Made by a program: the position numbers and the translations under genes. From Pelagomonas calceolata (lineage: Eukaryota): 64,000 bases of DNA. Location of the stretch: NCBI GenBank assembly GCA_918797485.1, contig CAKKNE010000004.1, positions 5,208,001 to 5,272,000 on the forward strand, given 5' to 3'. Within the stretch, counting starts at the first letter, position 1. Each line of letters begins with the position of its first letter. The notes beneath the pieces were generated by a model. That model saw nothing but the letters and a program-made list of their open reading frames with translations. It ran no database searches and was not told the DNA's origin. Below are positions 41,795 to 52,509 of this stretch, piece after piece.

Positions 41795-42943
41795 TTACAC
41801 GAGCTCCCAGCGCAGTCCGCCGCCCTCCCCGCCTTCCCGGCGCCTGCTGCGCCGCACGAAGTCGGCCCGGTCCGCGTCGCGTTTGGTCTCGGGAAGCTGG
41901 CGGAACGACTGCAGCGTCCACTTGCCGTTTTCGAAGTACGAGGGCCCGTCCTCGCCGCCGACGACGCGCGCGCCGCCGTGCCACGAGGCGGGGTCGACCG
42001 CGCCGTCATCTCCGAGGGACCAAAAACAAGCAGCGGCGCCGGCCTTCGGCTGGACCCGCACGCCGCCGTGCGGTCCTCGCGTCGTCGTCGCGGGGACATC
42101 GTCGAGCATGAGTCGAGAGCCGCTTTCCAGGAGCGTGCATGCGTCATCAAACGCCCCCTCGTCGTCGTCTTGTCTCACCGCAGCGTCGGTGTGGGTGTAG
42201 CCGGCGGCGAGGAGTCTCACGGCCGCGTCCTTGGCCGCGCGCGCGGTCCCGGCTGCGGGAAAACACGTCGCACCACCCGACGTGTCGTTCAGGTACGCGA
42301 GTACTGTCGCGTAGCGGTGCGGGAACCCGTTATTGGAGTCGACGTGCACACCGCCGGAGCTCAACCACCAGACAGCCGAGTCAAGCGTGACGCCCGCCTC
42401 CGCCGCGGTACGCGGTCCGACCTCGCGCCGCGCGGGCGTAAAGTTGAGCTCGAACGCGTCGCCGGCCGGACAGCCGGTGAGGGAGCGCGCGCGGCGGTCG
42501 ATCGACGCGAGGAGCCGCGTCAGGCCGTCCGGGTGGAACTCTGGCGCGAGGCCGAGCTGTACGTAGTGTTTCGCGCCGAGTCTCCGCGCGCCGACGCGGC
42601 CGCCGAAAGGGGACGAGGACGCGACTCGACCCAGAGCGATGAGTGCCTCGCACTCCGGCCGGCTCAAGAACTCGGGCGCGTAGCGCACGAGCGGTTCCGT
42701 CGACGGCGTCTCGACGCTCGTGCACCGCGCCGCCGCCTCGTAGGCGAGCAGCGGCGCGAGCCTGAGGCAGTGGCGGCTACCTTTCGCCGTCGACGCGTAT
42801 GCGGCGATTCCGGCGGCGTCGAGGTATCGGAGGAGCAAGATCAAGGAGTCGGCTAGACGCTCGGCCAGCGGCAGTGGTCTGAAGAGCTCCGTGACGCGGC
42901 GCGAGTGGGCGCCGAGGTTCGGCGGGAGTCGCGTGCCGCTCAT
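41795..42943 (-). CDS. Prolyl 4-hydroxylase-like 2OG-Fe(II) oxygenase
   Basis: FLSRPECEALI, HVD, ATVLAYLND..GGATCFP, VQPKAGAAACFW, HGGARV, KW. Confidence 0.8.
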   Translation of the reverse strand: MSGTRLPPNLGAHSRRVTELFRPLPLAERLADSLILLLRYLDAAGIAAYASTAKGSRHCLRLAPLLAYEAAARCTSVETPSTEPLVRYAPEFLSRPECEALIALGRVASSSPFGGRVGARRLGAKHYVQLGLAPEFHPDGLTRLLASIDRRARSLTGCPAGDAFELNFTPARREVGPRTAAEAGVTLDSAVWWLSSGGVHVDSNNGFPHRYATVLAYLNDTSGGATCFPAAGTARAAKDAAVRLLAAGYTHTDAAVRQDDDEGAFDDACTLLESGSRLMLDDVPATTTRGPHGGVRVQPKAGAAACFWSLGDDGAVDPASWHGGARVVGGEDGPSYFENGKWTLQSFRQLPETKRDADRADFVRRSRRREGGEGGGLRWELV

Positions 42944-43408
42944 CCCGACACGCCGACCGCTATAAATCACTCCAACGCTCCGCGTCGTTTCTTAGGTTAC
43001 TCAGCTTTGTCTCCGCGCCTTGGCTACAACGCTCTCGGGGCCACGGGTACGTATGAGGTGCGTGCGGGGAGGCTGGTTTTGCAGCTGTGGCGCCGCGTGT
43101 CGCCGTCTGTCGCCCGCCAACTTTTAATATTGCGTAGCTGTCGTATCAAGGAAGCGACAGCCAACTTCAAACCCTATAGATTCCGCGGCTGGCGCACGGC
43201 CAGGCCCAGCAGAGGATTAGTGCATGCAGGTTCCAGCATCGCAAAAAAAAAAGGTCCGGCTCGCAGCCGCTGAGAAATACTGGTTGGCTTAGCCTCCGCA
43301 GCAACACTAGTGATCATAGAATCATGCCTCAGACGCCGCGCTTCGCCGCTTGACGCCCGCGCAGTAGGTAAAAACACGAGAAAAGCTTGACACCATAAAA
43401 AGGACCAA

Positions 43409-44389
43409 ATGCGCAAAGCTTTGAAACGCGCGCGCCGCACCTTAAGGACATACCGCGACAGCTTCGGGAACATCGTGCGCGGCTCGCGCGAGAGCCTCGA
43501 GCGCCTCGCGCAGCCGGAGGTCAGCGACGAACCTCGAGCGGAGCCGGACACACCACAGCCGCTACCCGTCGTCGCCGAGTCCTTCGACGAGAAAGATGTG
43601 AAGGAGGAGCGGACCTGCTGCCAGCGCCACTTCGGCACCGACGCGCTGCTCGGGAGCTGGTTCCTGGCCGCGGCGTCGCTCCTCTTCGCGCTCTACGGCC
43701 TGGCGCTCGTTATTGAGTCCTGGAATTCGGACGACGCGACGTGGGTGACCTTCGCGTGGGGCAACCTGGCGTCGGGCGTCATGTTCATGGTCGGCTCGTT
43801 CTACTTCGTGAGCGTGAGCTACCCGGAGACGATGGACCGGTGCGCGCGGGAAGCCCTGACCGTCGATGTTGATACCTTGTCGTTCGTGGAGAAGCACTTC
43901 ACGTTCAACGACATGCTGCTCGCGACGTGGTCGTTCGAGCTCGGGTGCATCCCGTACCTCGTCGTCGCGGCGGCGTACCTGGCCGAGGGCGGCCACCGGA
44001 ACACGGTCCTCGGGGCGCTGCTGCTGAGCGCGACGCTCGTGGGCATGGCCTGCCTCTACGTCTGGGTGCGGTCCGCGATGCCGCACGAGATGCAGAAGAA
44101 CGGGGGCAACGGGTCCTCGGAGTTCTACGAGATCTTCATCGAGCCGTGCTGCGGCGACAACGCGTTTCTTAGAAGGCACCTCGGCACGGACCTCCAGGCC
44201 GGGGGCTGGCTCTTCTTCGGGCCGACGGCCGTCGCGGCAGGGCTGGCGCTCGCACTCGTCTGCGTCTTCCCGGGGTCGCTAGACGCGTGGATCGGCTTCG
44301 TCCAGATGGTCCTGCTGGCCGTCGGCGCGGGACTGCTCCTGCGGTCGATGTACCCGGGCGCGCGCGAGGAGGCGCCGCTGCTCGGCTGA
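43409..44389 (+). CDS. Multi-pass membrane protein of unknown function
   Basis: About six hydrophobic helices in repeated units (HFGTDALLGSWF / HFTFNDMLLATWSF / HLGTDLQAGGWLF). Confidence 0.7.
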   Translation: MRKALKRARRTLRTYRDSFGNIVRGSRESLERLAQPEVSDEPRAEPDTPQPLPVVAESFDEKDVKEERTCCQRHFGTDALLGSWFLAAASLLFALYGLALVIESWNSDDATWVTFAWGNLASGVMFMVGSFYFVSVSYPETMDRCAREALTVDVDTLSFVEKHFTFNDMLLATWSFELGCIPYLVVAAAYLAEGGHRNTVLGALLLSATLVGMACLYVWVRSAMPHEMQKNGGNGSSEFYEIFIEPCCGDNAFLRRHLGTDLQAGGWLFFGPTAVAAGLALALVCVFPGSLDAWIGFVQMVLLAVGAGLLLRSMYPGAREEAPLLG

Positions 44390-44597
44390 GTAACTAAGTG
44401 AATTGTGAACATCGGCTCGGAGATGCGGGCTCGTGTCGACGGCGTGGGGTGAGGTCATCTGCATTCCTAAACGCGCGGGAGCCGCGGGTGGCCACCCGGA
44501 TGTCACACCCGGCACAGAGCGAGCGAATTCCTCGCAAAGAGCGCTTCAATTTGTTGCTGAGAGTGTGGCCAGTTATAGACGGGTGCACGAACAAGTT

Positions 44598-44623
44598 GCT
44601 AGTGTGTCTATAGGGACGCTAGC
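44598..44623 (+). promoter_or_regulatory. Variant upstream motif GCTAGTGTGTCTATAGGGACGCTAGC
   Basis: 200 bp upstream of ATG 44824. Confidence 0.45.
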
Positions 44624-44823
44624 TTAATATCGAGTGCTTGCGCACTCGGGGGCGAGGATCGTGCGCGTGCGTTGGGAGGGCCTTCTGTTGAAGGCAAAGA
44701 AAGCTGAGGACTGGCCAATAACGTATAGCGAGCCAGCACTCCCCAAGGCTGTGCCGTCCGCGCTGCTATTGGAGTGACTCTGGGGCACTGAAAAGAACCC
44801 GCGGCGCGGCGTAAGGAAAAAAA

Positions 44824-47800
44824 ATGGACGCCAGCCGCCACGGCCGCGCCCTCGAGCAGGACGCGCGCGTCGCGCGCGTCGAGTTCGCGTGCTACGCGCC
44901 GCTCGGCTTCGGCGAGGAGGTCGTCGTCTGCGGCGACGCCCCCGTCCTGGGGAACGGCGACGTGGGCCGCGGCGTGGCGCTGCGGACGTCGGCGGCGACG
45001 TACCCCGTCTGGACGACGAGCGAGCCCGTCGCCGTCTTCGCGGGCGTCGTGCGCTACCGCTACGCCGTCTTCTCGGCGGGCGCCTTCGACCGGTGGGAGA
45101 GTTTTGAACAGGGGCAGGACCGGCGCGTGGCGTTGGTGGACGCGGGCGCGACGACCATCCTCTCGGACAAGCTCGAGTGCGCCGGGCTCCGGCCCTGGAC
45201 GGCGGCGGACGCCGCCGCCTTACGGAACGCGGACACGTCGGCGGCCGCCGTGGCCCGCGCGTCCATTGATGACGCCGAGGCGTCGCCGCGGCGGGGCGTG
45301 CAGTTCGCCGAGCCGCGCGCGGAGAAGCGGGGGTCGCTCACGGTGGAGGCGCCCTTCGGCTCGCCGCGGCGCCAGCCCACGACGTATCTGGCGGCGCGCG
45401 AGCGGCGCGAGGCGAAACCACAACCAAGGAAGATGCCCGCGACGCCCGAGAAGCCGTCTCCCAGAAGCTCGAAGTACGACGACGAGCAGCGCGAGGCGCT
45501 GGCCAAGTTTTTGGGGGACGAGGCGCCGGGCGCCGGCGCCCTCGCGCCGACGGACGGCGTGGTCGTCGCGTCGTTGTTCCTACCGGTGTTGATCGCTCGA
45601 GATTCGTCGGGAAAGCTCCAGATCGCCTGGGACCACGAAAATTTACTCAGTTTGCAGACGCCGCTCCGCGTGACGCGCGTCGGCATCGCGCGGACGCCTG
45701 ATGATGCTACAGAAAGAGAAAAGCAGGACGTCGCGAATCGGCTGCGGCGGCAGCCGTGGTGCGCCATCGCGATTTTTTTGGATGCGGAGACCTTTCGCTT
45801 GTTCTACCACTCGTTCTGCAAGGGCATCCTGTGGCCGGTCTTCCATAATTCGGTCGAGGTCTATGGGGAACAGTCTACACCACTGCTGGAATTTGACGAC
45901 GTGTTTCGGGCGCCGGCCGACGGGACGGAGGATGATAGGGTCGAGCTGCTGGCGGCGGCGGCGGGCTCGGCTCTGAGATTAGACCAGGACGTGAAGTCGC
46001 GGAGCCGGTCGGGGTCAAGTTTTGACCTGGGGAGCCCCCGCGGAAGTTCGGACGCCTTCTCGGAGACGGGCGAGGCGTCTCCCCGTAGCCCGCCGCCCCG
46101 AGATCTGCCGGCGCGGCCCGCGTCGCCCGCGCAGAAGGGTCGGGTGACGACGAACGACGAACGAGCGTGGCACGCTTATAAGCGGGCGAACCAGGTGTTT
46201 CGGGATGCGGTGGTCGAGGCGTACAACCAAGGGGATTTGGTCTGGATCCACGGCTTCCAATTACTCCTCTTGCCGGCCTTCGTGTCTAGAAGACTGGCGG
46301 CGGCGCGCATCGGCGTGTTCCTGCACACGCCTTTCCCTTCTTCTGAAATCTTTCGGACGCTGAGCATGCGTTCGGAACTACTGCGAGGCGTGCTCGGGGC
46401 GGACCGCATCGGGTTCCATCTGTTTGAATACGCGCGGCACTTCGTGACGAACGTCCGGCGATTACTGGGCATCAAGAACGCCCACGACCGTCGGGGTGTG
46501 GTGTTAGATGTCGATGGGAGGGATGTGATCATCACGTGCGTCCACGCGGGCGTCGAGCCCGCCGCGTTATCGAGGGTCGCGGCGCTGCCCGAGACGGAGC
46601 AAGCGCGCCGGGACCTGGCGCGGTCGCTAGGTATCGGCGAGGTGTCGTGGAACGACGGCACGCATATAATTATCGCGGGCATCGACAAGCTGGAGAGACT
46701 AAGGGGCCTGCCGCTGAAATTGCTGGCCTACGAGCGATACCTGGACGACGCGAAGGGTCGGGGCGAGGCGCCGGACACGAGGTTGGTGCAGTACGCGCTC
46801 GCGTCGCCCGAACGGGCGGCCGACGCGGCCAAGGTGCGAAGCGACTGTTTGGCCCTTGTCGATAGAATTAGGGACAGGCACGGCGAAGCGTCGGTCGTCT
46901 GGCGCGAGGTGCGCGACGTGCCCGTCGAGGAGCGCCTCGCGTTGTTAGGCGCGGCGGACGTCTTCTGGGTGTCTTCCGTGCGTGACGGTCTGAACCGGTG
47001 GCCGCTGGAGTACGTGGCAGTGCAGTACGACGCCGTCGTCGCGGGCGGTTTTGATCATGCGCCGGAAAACAAAAAGTACTTCGACGCCATCCTGGAACGC
47101 GCGGCGGACTGCTGCGGCGGCGCGGGCTACCCCTGCGGCGACCCCTGCACGGACTTTGTGCCCAAGGGCCCGCACTCGAAGCGCGGCGACGCGGCGGCCG
47201 AGCGGCGCGCGCTCGCGGCGGAGGTCTTCCCTGAAAGTGATGGGGCGTCTCTGCAACGACGCGCCAAGCTCGAGGCGCGGACGCCGGGCACTTTAGTGCT
47301 ATCCGACTCGTCGTCAGCGTCGCGCGTGTTGTTGGGCGCGACGGTCGCGAACCCCTGGCGCGTCGACGACGGCGCGACGGCCTTGAGGAGGGCGCTGGAC
47401 ATGCGGCCGCGGGAACGGTTGGCGCGCCTGGCCAAGGACGCGCGGTTTCTGGGAAGAGCGACGACGGGGAAATGGGCGTACCGCGTGCTCGCCGATTTAA
47501 AAACGGTGCCTAGAGATAGGAACCCGCTGCGCGCGACGCACGCGGGTTTGGGGCTGGGCTTCCGGATCCTGGGCATGAAGTCGGGCTTCGACGCCTTGCA
47601 GGTCGATCGGGTCGCGCGCGCGTACCGCCAGGCGGGCCAGGACGCGCCGAGCGCGGCGCCGACGGAGAAGGGCGGCTTCTCGGCGACGGGGACGTCTCGG
47701 GTCGTCATCCTAGATTATGGCGGCACGCTCGTGCCCGAGGCGACGGCGGTCGGCGCGGTCGCGTCGTACGCGATCGCGAGCGGCACCAAAAAGACGCCGC

Positions 47801-49020
47801 GGCCCTCGGACGAGGTGCTGGGGGTCCTGGCGGCGCTCGCGCGGGACCCGCGGAACGTGGTCTTCGTCGTGTCGGGGCGCGAGCGCGTCCATTTATTGGA
47901 TGGTCTGGCGGGCCCGGGCCTCGCGGACCTGGGCTTGGCGGCGGAGCACGGCTTTTTCGTGCGGTGGCCCCGGGCGCTGCGGGACGTGGGCCCGGGGACG
48001 GCGGTGATGAACACGGCGCTGGCGCGGCGCGGCGGCGCGGGCACGGCGTCGCCCGGCGCGCACGACCGGCCGCCGCCGCCGCCGGCGACGTCGCCCGAGG
48101 CGCGGTCGCCGCGCGTCGACGACGGCGACTGGGACCGCGCCGCGCCGCGGCGCGGCGGCTGGCGCGCCCAGGCCCTCACGACGATGGACATGTTCGCGCG
48201 GCAGACGCAGGGCACCTACGTCGAGCGCCACGAGTCGTGTTTGGTGTGGCAATATAGGGACGCGGACCCGGACTTCGGCGAGATGCAGGCGACGGAGCTC
48301 GAGAGCCAACTGCGCCTGGTCCTGGCGCCCTACGGCCAGGTGAGGGTATTAAGGGGCGCGAATCCCAGTAGAGGCGGCTACGTCGAGGTCCGGCCCGCGG
48401 GCGTCGACAAGGGCGCGCTGCTGAGGCGGGTGCTGCGGGCCCTCGAGGCGGCGGGGCGGCCGGCGGACTTCGCGCTCGTCGTCGGCGACGACGCGAGCGA
48501 CGAGCCCATGTTCCGCGAGCTGCGGAAGTGGCAGGGCGACGCGGCGGTCCCGACGGCGACGCGCGCGCGGCGGTCGGCGCGGGCCTTCTCCGTGACCGTG
48601 GGCAAGAAGCCGAGCGACGCCGAGTCGTACGTCGACGCGCACGACAACCTCGTGGAACTGCTCGAGGCGCTCGCGCGCGTGTCGAACCGCGGCGCGCGCT
48701 ACTACTCGTCGCACGACTTCGCCGCCGAGTACGCGTCGGCCTGCGCGGCGCTGCGCGACGACTTCCCCGGCGACGCGCGCGGCGACTCGGACGACCGCGC
48801 CTCCACGACGTCGAGCTCGGCGCCGTCGGACATGGCGCGGTCGCTCTCGATGCCGGCCTTCGGCCAGGCGGCGAACCAGCCGCGGCGGCGGCCCGTGGCG
48901 CGCAAGAACTCGTGGCTCTCCTTCCAGGACGCCTTCCAGGTCGCGCCGCAGGAGGCCGAATCTGCGCCCATCATCGAGGAGGGCGACGAGGAGAACGACG
49001 ACGCGGCCATGTTCTTCTAG
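44824..49020 (+). CDS. CBM20 + trehalose-6-phosphate synthase (GT20) + trehalose phosphatase (HAD) fusion
   Basis: GEEVVVCGDAPVLG..YPVW; FCKGILWPVFH, VWIHGFQL, FLHTPFPSSEIFR, GIDKLERLRG, SSVRDGLN; LDYGGTL, VVSGR, AAEHG, WQYRDADPDFG, VEVRPAGVDKG, GDDASDEPMF. Confidence 0.92.
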   Translation: MDASRHGRALEQDARVARVEFACYAPLGFGEEVVVCGDAPVLGNGDVGRGVALRTSAATYPVWTTSEPVAVFAGVVRYRYAVFSAGAFDRWESFEQGQDRRVALVDAGATTILSDKLECAGLRPWTAADAAALRNADTSAAAVARASIDDAEASPRRGVQFAEPRAEKRGSLTVEAPFGSPRRQPTTYLAARERREAKPQPRKMPATPEKPSPRSSKYDDEQREALAKFLGDEAPGAGALAPTDGVVVASLFLPVLIARDSSGKLQIAWDHENLLSLQTPLRVTRVGIARTPDDATEREKQDVANRLRRQPWCAIAIFLDAETFRLFYHSFCKGILWPVFHNSVEVYGEQSTPLLEFDDVFRAPADGTEDDRVELLAAAAGSALRLDQDVKSRSRSGSSFDLGSPRGSSDAFSETGEASPRSPPPRDLPARPASPAQKGRVTTNDERAWHAYKRANQVFRDAVVEAYNQGDLVWIHGFQLLLLPAFVSRRLAAARIGVFLHTPFPSSEIFRTLSMRSELLRGVLGADRIGFHLFEYARHFVTNVRRLLGIKNAHDRRGVVLDVDGRDVIITCVHAGVEPAALSRVAALPETEQARRDLARSLGIGEVSWNDGTHIIIAGIDKLERLRGLPLKLLAYERYLDDAKGRGEAPDTRLVQYALASPERAADAAKVRSDCLALVDRIRDRHGEASVVWREVRDVPVEERLALLGAADVFWVSSVRDGLNRWPLEYVAVQYDAVVAGGFDHAPENKKYFDAILERAADCCGGAGYPCGDPCTDFVPKGPHSKRGDAAAERRALAAEVFPESDGASLQRRAKLEARTPGTLVLSDSSSASRVLLGATVANPWRVDDGATALRRALDMRPRERLARLAKDARFLGRATTGKWAYRVLADLKTVPRDRNPLRATHAGLGLGFRILGMKSGFDALQVDRVARAYRQAGQDAPSAAPTEKGGFSATGTSRVVILDYGGTLVPEATAVGAVASYAIASGTKKTPRPSDEVLGVLAALARDPRNVVFVVSGRERVHLLDGLAGPGLADLGLAAEHGFFVRWPRALRDVGPGTAVMNTALARRGGAGTASPGAHDRPPPPPATSPEARSPRVDDGDWDRAAPRRGGWRAQALTTMDMFARQTQGTYVERHESCLVWQYRDADPDFGEMQATELESQLRLVLAPYGQVRVLRGANPSRGGYVEVRPAGVDKGALLRRVLRALEAAGRPADFALVVGDDASDEPMFRELRKWQGDAAVPTATRARRSARAFSVTVGKKPSDAESYVDAHDNLVELLEALARVSNRGARYYSSHDFAAEYASACAALRDDFPGDARGDSDDRASTTSSSAPSDMARSLSMPAFGQAANQPRRRPVARKNSWLSFQDAFQVAPQEAESAPIIEEGDEENDDAAMFF

Positions 49021-49135
49021 AGCCCCTCTCCACCGTATATAAAACCGACACATTATTCACGAGAGTGCTCGTCCGGGGCCTTGGGGGCGCGACCCCCCGT
49101 ACATAGTAGATCCAACCGTGACCGTGACAAATTAT

Positions 49136-49909
49136 TTACGAGATGAACGGGATGCCGACGTGCGTCCGCGCGCGATAGCTGGGGTACTCGCGCGGGTAGA
49201 AGGCCCCAAGCGTCGCCTCCTCGAAGGGGATCCGGTCCCGGAAGAAGCGCCACGAGAGGAGCGCGTAGAGAAATAGGCAGACGGGGTTCGCCAGGAGCAC
49301 CTGCGTGCCCAGGGACCACCAGAACCAGCCGCAGTACGACGGGTGCCGGAGCACCGAGTAGACGCCCGTCGTCACGAGCCGGTGGTGCTGGGGCTTTTGC
49401 GTCGCGACGCGGTGCGCGAAGTGCTCGCCGCACGTCGCGAGCGCGGCCAGGCGCACGGCCTGGCCGCCCGCGACGAGGACGACGCCGAGCCGGAGCGTCG
49501 CCGCGCTCTGCTTGAGCGGGAGCCGGTACTCGAGCGCGAACTCGAGGACCGCCGCGAAGAAGGCCAGGCCGTAGGCGACGGAGTGGTTCAGGAGCCAGCT
49601 GTCGAAGCTCACGTCGCGCCAGCGCCAGGCCGCCGCGCCCAAGAACTCGGACGCGTGGAAGCCGCACATGGCGCACGCGTAGAGGCACCAGCGCACGAGG
49701 GCCACGTTCCGCCGCGGCGCCGCGAGGCTCTGGACGAGCAGGACGGCGTGGGCGCCCCCAATGCCTCCCAGGAAGAGGCCCGCGAGGCCGTTCGCGCCGA
49801 GGCCGTACGGCTGGCTGAAGGGCCGGCTCCGCGCGCGGAGCCACGCGAGCTCGTTCGCGTCGTCCTGCTCGTCGTCCTCGCTCGGGCCGCGCTTTTTTTG
49901 GACGAACAT
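49136..49909 (-). CDS. ICMT: Protein-S-isoprenylcysteine O-methyltransferase
   Basis: FHASEF, LLNHS..Y, HRLVTTGVYSVLRHPSYCGWFWWSLGTQVLLANP, RIPFEE. Confidence 0.93.
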   Translation of the reverse strand: MFVQKKRGPSEDDEQDDANELAWLRARSRPFSQPYGLGANGLAGLFLGGIGGAHAVLLVQSLAAPRRNVALVRWCLYACAMCGFHASEFLGAAAWRWRDVSFDSWLLNHSVAYGLAFFAAVLEFALEYRLPLKQSAATLRLGVVLVAGGQAVRLAALATCGEHFAHRVATQKPQHHRLVTTGVYSVLRHPSYCGWFWWSLGTQVLLANPVCLFLYALLSWRFFRDRIPFEEATLGAFYPREYPSYRARTHVGIPFIS

Positions 49910-50369
49910 GGTCTAATGTCTGGCGTTCGTTCCAGCGTTCGTTCCTTCCTCACTGCGCGGTCCGCGTAACAGCAGCCTCCTGGGCAGGCGGCAAAGTCTG
50001 TAGATCGTCCACCAAAGCACGGGAAACTGTCACGCGCTTGAATTGTAGCGAAGGGATATATTTAAACCAACTTGGACTTGAACGGGCGGCTTTTTGGTTG
50101 CCTCCAGGCCGTTTTTGATCAAATCTTCACTTTTTTCTAGTATGTCTTTCGACGCTAGATTTAGCGCGCCGCGCCTCAGCGTTTGCCGCGCGCAGATCGT
50201 GCGCAGAGCGTGCAGTTGATAGCGCATCGCACTGCTGCAATCGCGTCGTCTCGCTTGCACGCCATCGACTGCTCCCAGGCCCAGCGGCACAGCTTCAAAG
50301 TTGGACCATTGCGTGAGAGCGCAGCTCCTTGCACGCCATCGACGCGCTTTTATGCAAGACTACCAAGCC

Positions 50370-51881
50370 ATGCTGCTCAAAGGCGCAATAACGCTGGCGC
50401 TCCTGCAATGCACCTGGGCCTTGACCTCGCCGCTGAAGCGCCTCCGCCGCGCGACGACCGTGACCAAGGGCGCCAACGTCGGCCTCGCGTCGCTCAAGCC
50501 CGCGGACCTGAAGATCGCCGGCTCGGCCGCGTGCGGCTCCTACATCCAGGGCTACACGACGGGCGTGCTCGGCGGCGCCCTGCTCTTCCTGGGGCCGCAC
50601 TTTGGGCTCACGCCGGCGCAGATCGGCGCCGTGGCGACGGCGACGACGCTGGGGAGCGTCCTGGGCACCTTTTCCGCGTCGGCGCTCGCGGACGCCGCGG
50701 GCCGGCGGCCGACGATGGCCTTCTCGTCGGCGCTCTTCGTCGTGGCCTCGGTCCTGATGGTCTGGACGCCGTCGCTGAACGTGTTGGTGCTGGCGCGGTT
50801 CCTGGCCGGCGTCGGCATCGGGAACTGCGGCGCCGTCGTGCCCGTGTACGTCGCCGAGTGCGCCGAGGCCGCGTCGCGCGGCGCGCTCGCGACGCTGCCG
50901 CAGCTCATGATCTCGAGCGGCGCCATGTCGGGCCTCGTGGTCACCTTCGCGGTGGCGCTCTGCCGCACGGGCCTGGGCTGGTCCGCGGCGACGGCGTCGC
51001 GCGTCTCGCTCGGCTTCACCCTGCTGCCGTCGCTGCTCTACGCCGCCCTCGTGCTGCGGCTGCCCGAGTCGCCGCGGTACCTGCTGCGCAAGGGCCGGCG
51101 GGAGCGGGCCCTCGCGGCCCTGGGCACGCTCCGGGGCGGCCCCTGCGAGGCCGAGCTCACCGCCCTCGAGCAGGCGACGGCCAAGGAGACCAAGGGCGCG
51201 GCGCGGCGCGAGGCCGGCTGGCGCACGCTCCTCGAGCCGAAGATCCTGCGGCGGCTCGGCGTCTGCGTCGTCCTCCAGTTCTTCCAGCAGTTCGCGGGCA
51301 TCAACGCCATCGTCTACTTCACGCCGCACATCCTGAAGAGCTCCGGCACCGTCGCGACGCTCGGGTCGTCGCTGCGGCTCAGCGCGGACTCCGCGGCGCT
51401 CCTCGCGACGGCCGTCACGTACTTCCCCAAGATCCCCGCCATGTTCCTGACCATGGCGCTCATGGACACGTGGGGCCGGGCGAAGATGCTGCGGGTGTTC
51501 AGCCCGGCGATGGGGCTGTGCCTCGCGGCGCTCGGGCTCTCGCTCGGGTCGTCGTCGGGCGTCGCCGCGACCGTGGCGCTCGTCGCCATCGCGCTCTACG
51601 GCATCTTTTTCAACTTGTCGCTCGGGCCGGTGCCCAACATCTACACGGCCGAGTCGTTCCCCGCGCGAGCGCGGTCCGCCGCGATGACGGTGTCGCTCTG
51701 CGCGCAATTCCTTGCGCACGCGATGGTGTCCTTCTGGTTCCCGGTGCTCATGGCGTCTCGCGGCGCGCCCGCGGTCCTGTATTCGTTCGCCGGGATCTGT
51801 GGGGTTGCGGGCCTCTTCGCGTGCACGCTGGCCGAGACGAAGCAGGCGTCGCTCGAGGCTATTGCTTCGGAGCTCGACTGA
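50370..51881 (+). CDS. MFS sugar porter with N-terminal signal/targeting extension
   Basis: DAAGRR, PVYVAECA..RG, LPESPRYL, QFFQQFAGINAIVYF, DTWGR, GPVP..AESFP, ETK. Confidence 0.9.
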   Translation: MLLKGAITLALLQCTWALTSPLKRLRRATTVTKGANVGLASLKPADLKIAGSAACGSYIQGYTTGVLGGALLFLGPHFGLTPAQIGAVATATTLGSVLGTFSASALADAAGRRPTMAFSSALFVVASVLMVWTPSLNVLVLARFLAGVGIGNCGAVVPVYVAECAEAASRGALATLPQLMISSGAMSGLVVTFAVALCRTGLGWSAATASRVSLGFTLLPSLLYAALVLRLPESPRYLLRKGRRERALAALGTLRGGPCEAELTALEQATAKETKGAARREAGWRTLLEPKILRRLGVCVVLQFFQQFAGINAIVYFTPHILKSSGTVATLGSSLRLSADSAALLATAVTYFPKIPAMFLTMALMDTWGRAKMLRVFSPAMGLCLAALGLSLGSSSGVAATVALVAIALYGIFFNLSLGPVPNIYTAESFPARARSAAMTVSLCAQFLAHAMVSFWFPVLMASRGAPAVLYSFAGICGVAGLFACTLAETKQASLEAIASELD

Positions 51882-51972
51882 CTAATATTTTTAGGAGTGG
51901 TTTTTAGTCGGGGAAAGGGTAGGGAGTAATGTACGTGCTTGGCGGCCGTCTGTGGAGAACGACGCGCTGAGT

Positions 51973-52302
51973 TTAGACGGCGAACGCCGCCACGAGGCCG
52001 ACTAGTACGGACGTCGCCGCGGCGTGCGCGGCGCCGTCCGAACTGTTTCCGTCGCCTGGAGACGACGGCGGAGTCTCCGCTCCATCGGCCGGGCCGGAGT
52101 CGCCGCATGCCCCTGGCTTCTCCGAGCCCGCAGGTAGCGCAAAGGACTCGATGCCGCGGCCCCGCAGGCAGGTGCACTCCGTCTGACAGCAGCAATCGCA
52201 CCGACCGCTTCCGCCTTCGTGCTCGTCGATGTCTACCGACGCGAGCGCGTCCCCGTACTTCGCGTGGCAGACCGCCCAGCACTTCGCCGCGGCTTCGTAG
52301 TC
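51973..52302 (-). CDS. 3' exon of a small Cys-rich protein with GPI-anchor-like C-terminus (5' structure unresolved)
   Basis: CWAVC..CDCCCQTECTC, Ser/Gly spacer, hydrophobic tail; acceptor-like AAACACAG at 52303. Confidence 0.5.
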   Translation of the reverse strand, partial: DYEAAAKCWAVCHAKYGDALASVDIDEHEGGSGRCDCCCQTECTCLRGRGIESFALPAGSEKPGACGDSGPADGAETPPSSPGDGNSSDGAAHAAATSVLVGLVAAFAV

Positions 52303-52509
52303 CTGTGTTTGCGTGTCGCGCGTGCGGCCGTTGAGAGCAGGCTTTGTATGAGTTCCGGTGCGCTGCCGGGCCCAGACCTCCTGCGCGTGATTCCTCGCGC
52401 GTCTTGAAGGGGGGCTAGAGGGGCTAGGGTAAGAGCTTGGAGGGGGGGTTTTCTCGGTGTCGGTGTCCACGCAAAACCAGTATTCTTCCAAACACTTACA
52501 CAAACAACT

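Noticed and set aside
52303..52377. Possible 75-nt intron or very old introner
   Set aside because: Only the CTGTG end resembles the TIR; there is no TSD and the upstream gene structure is unresolved.
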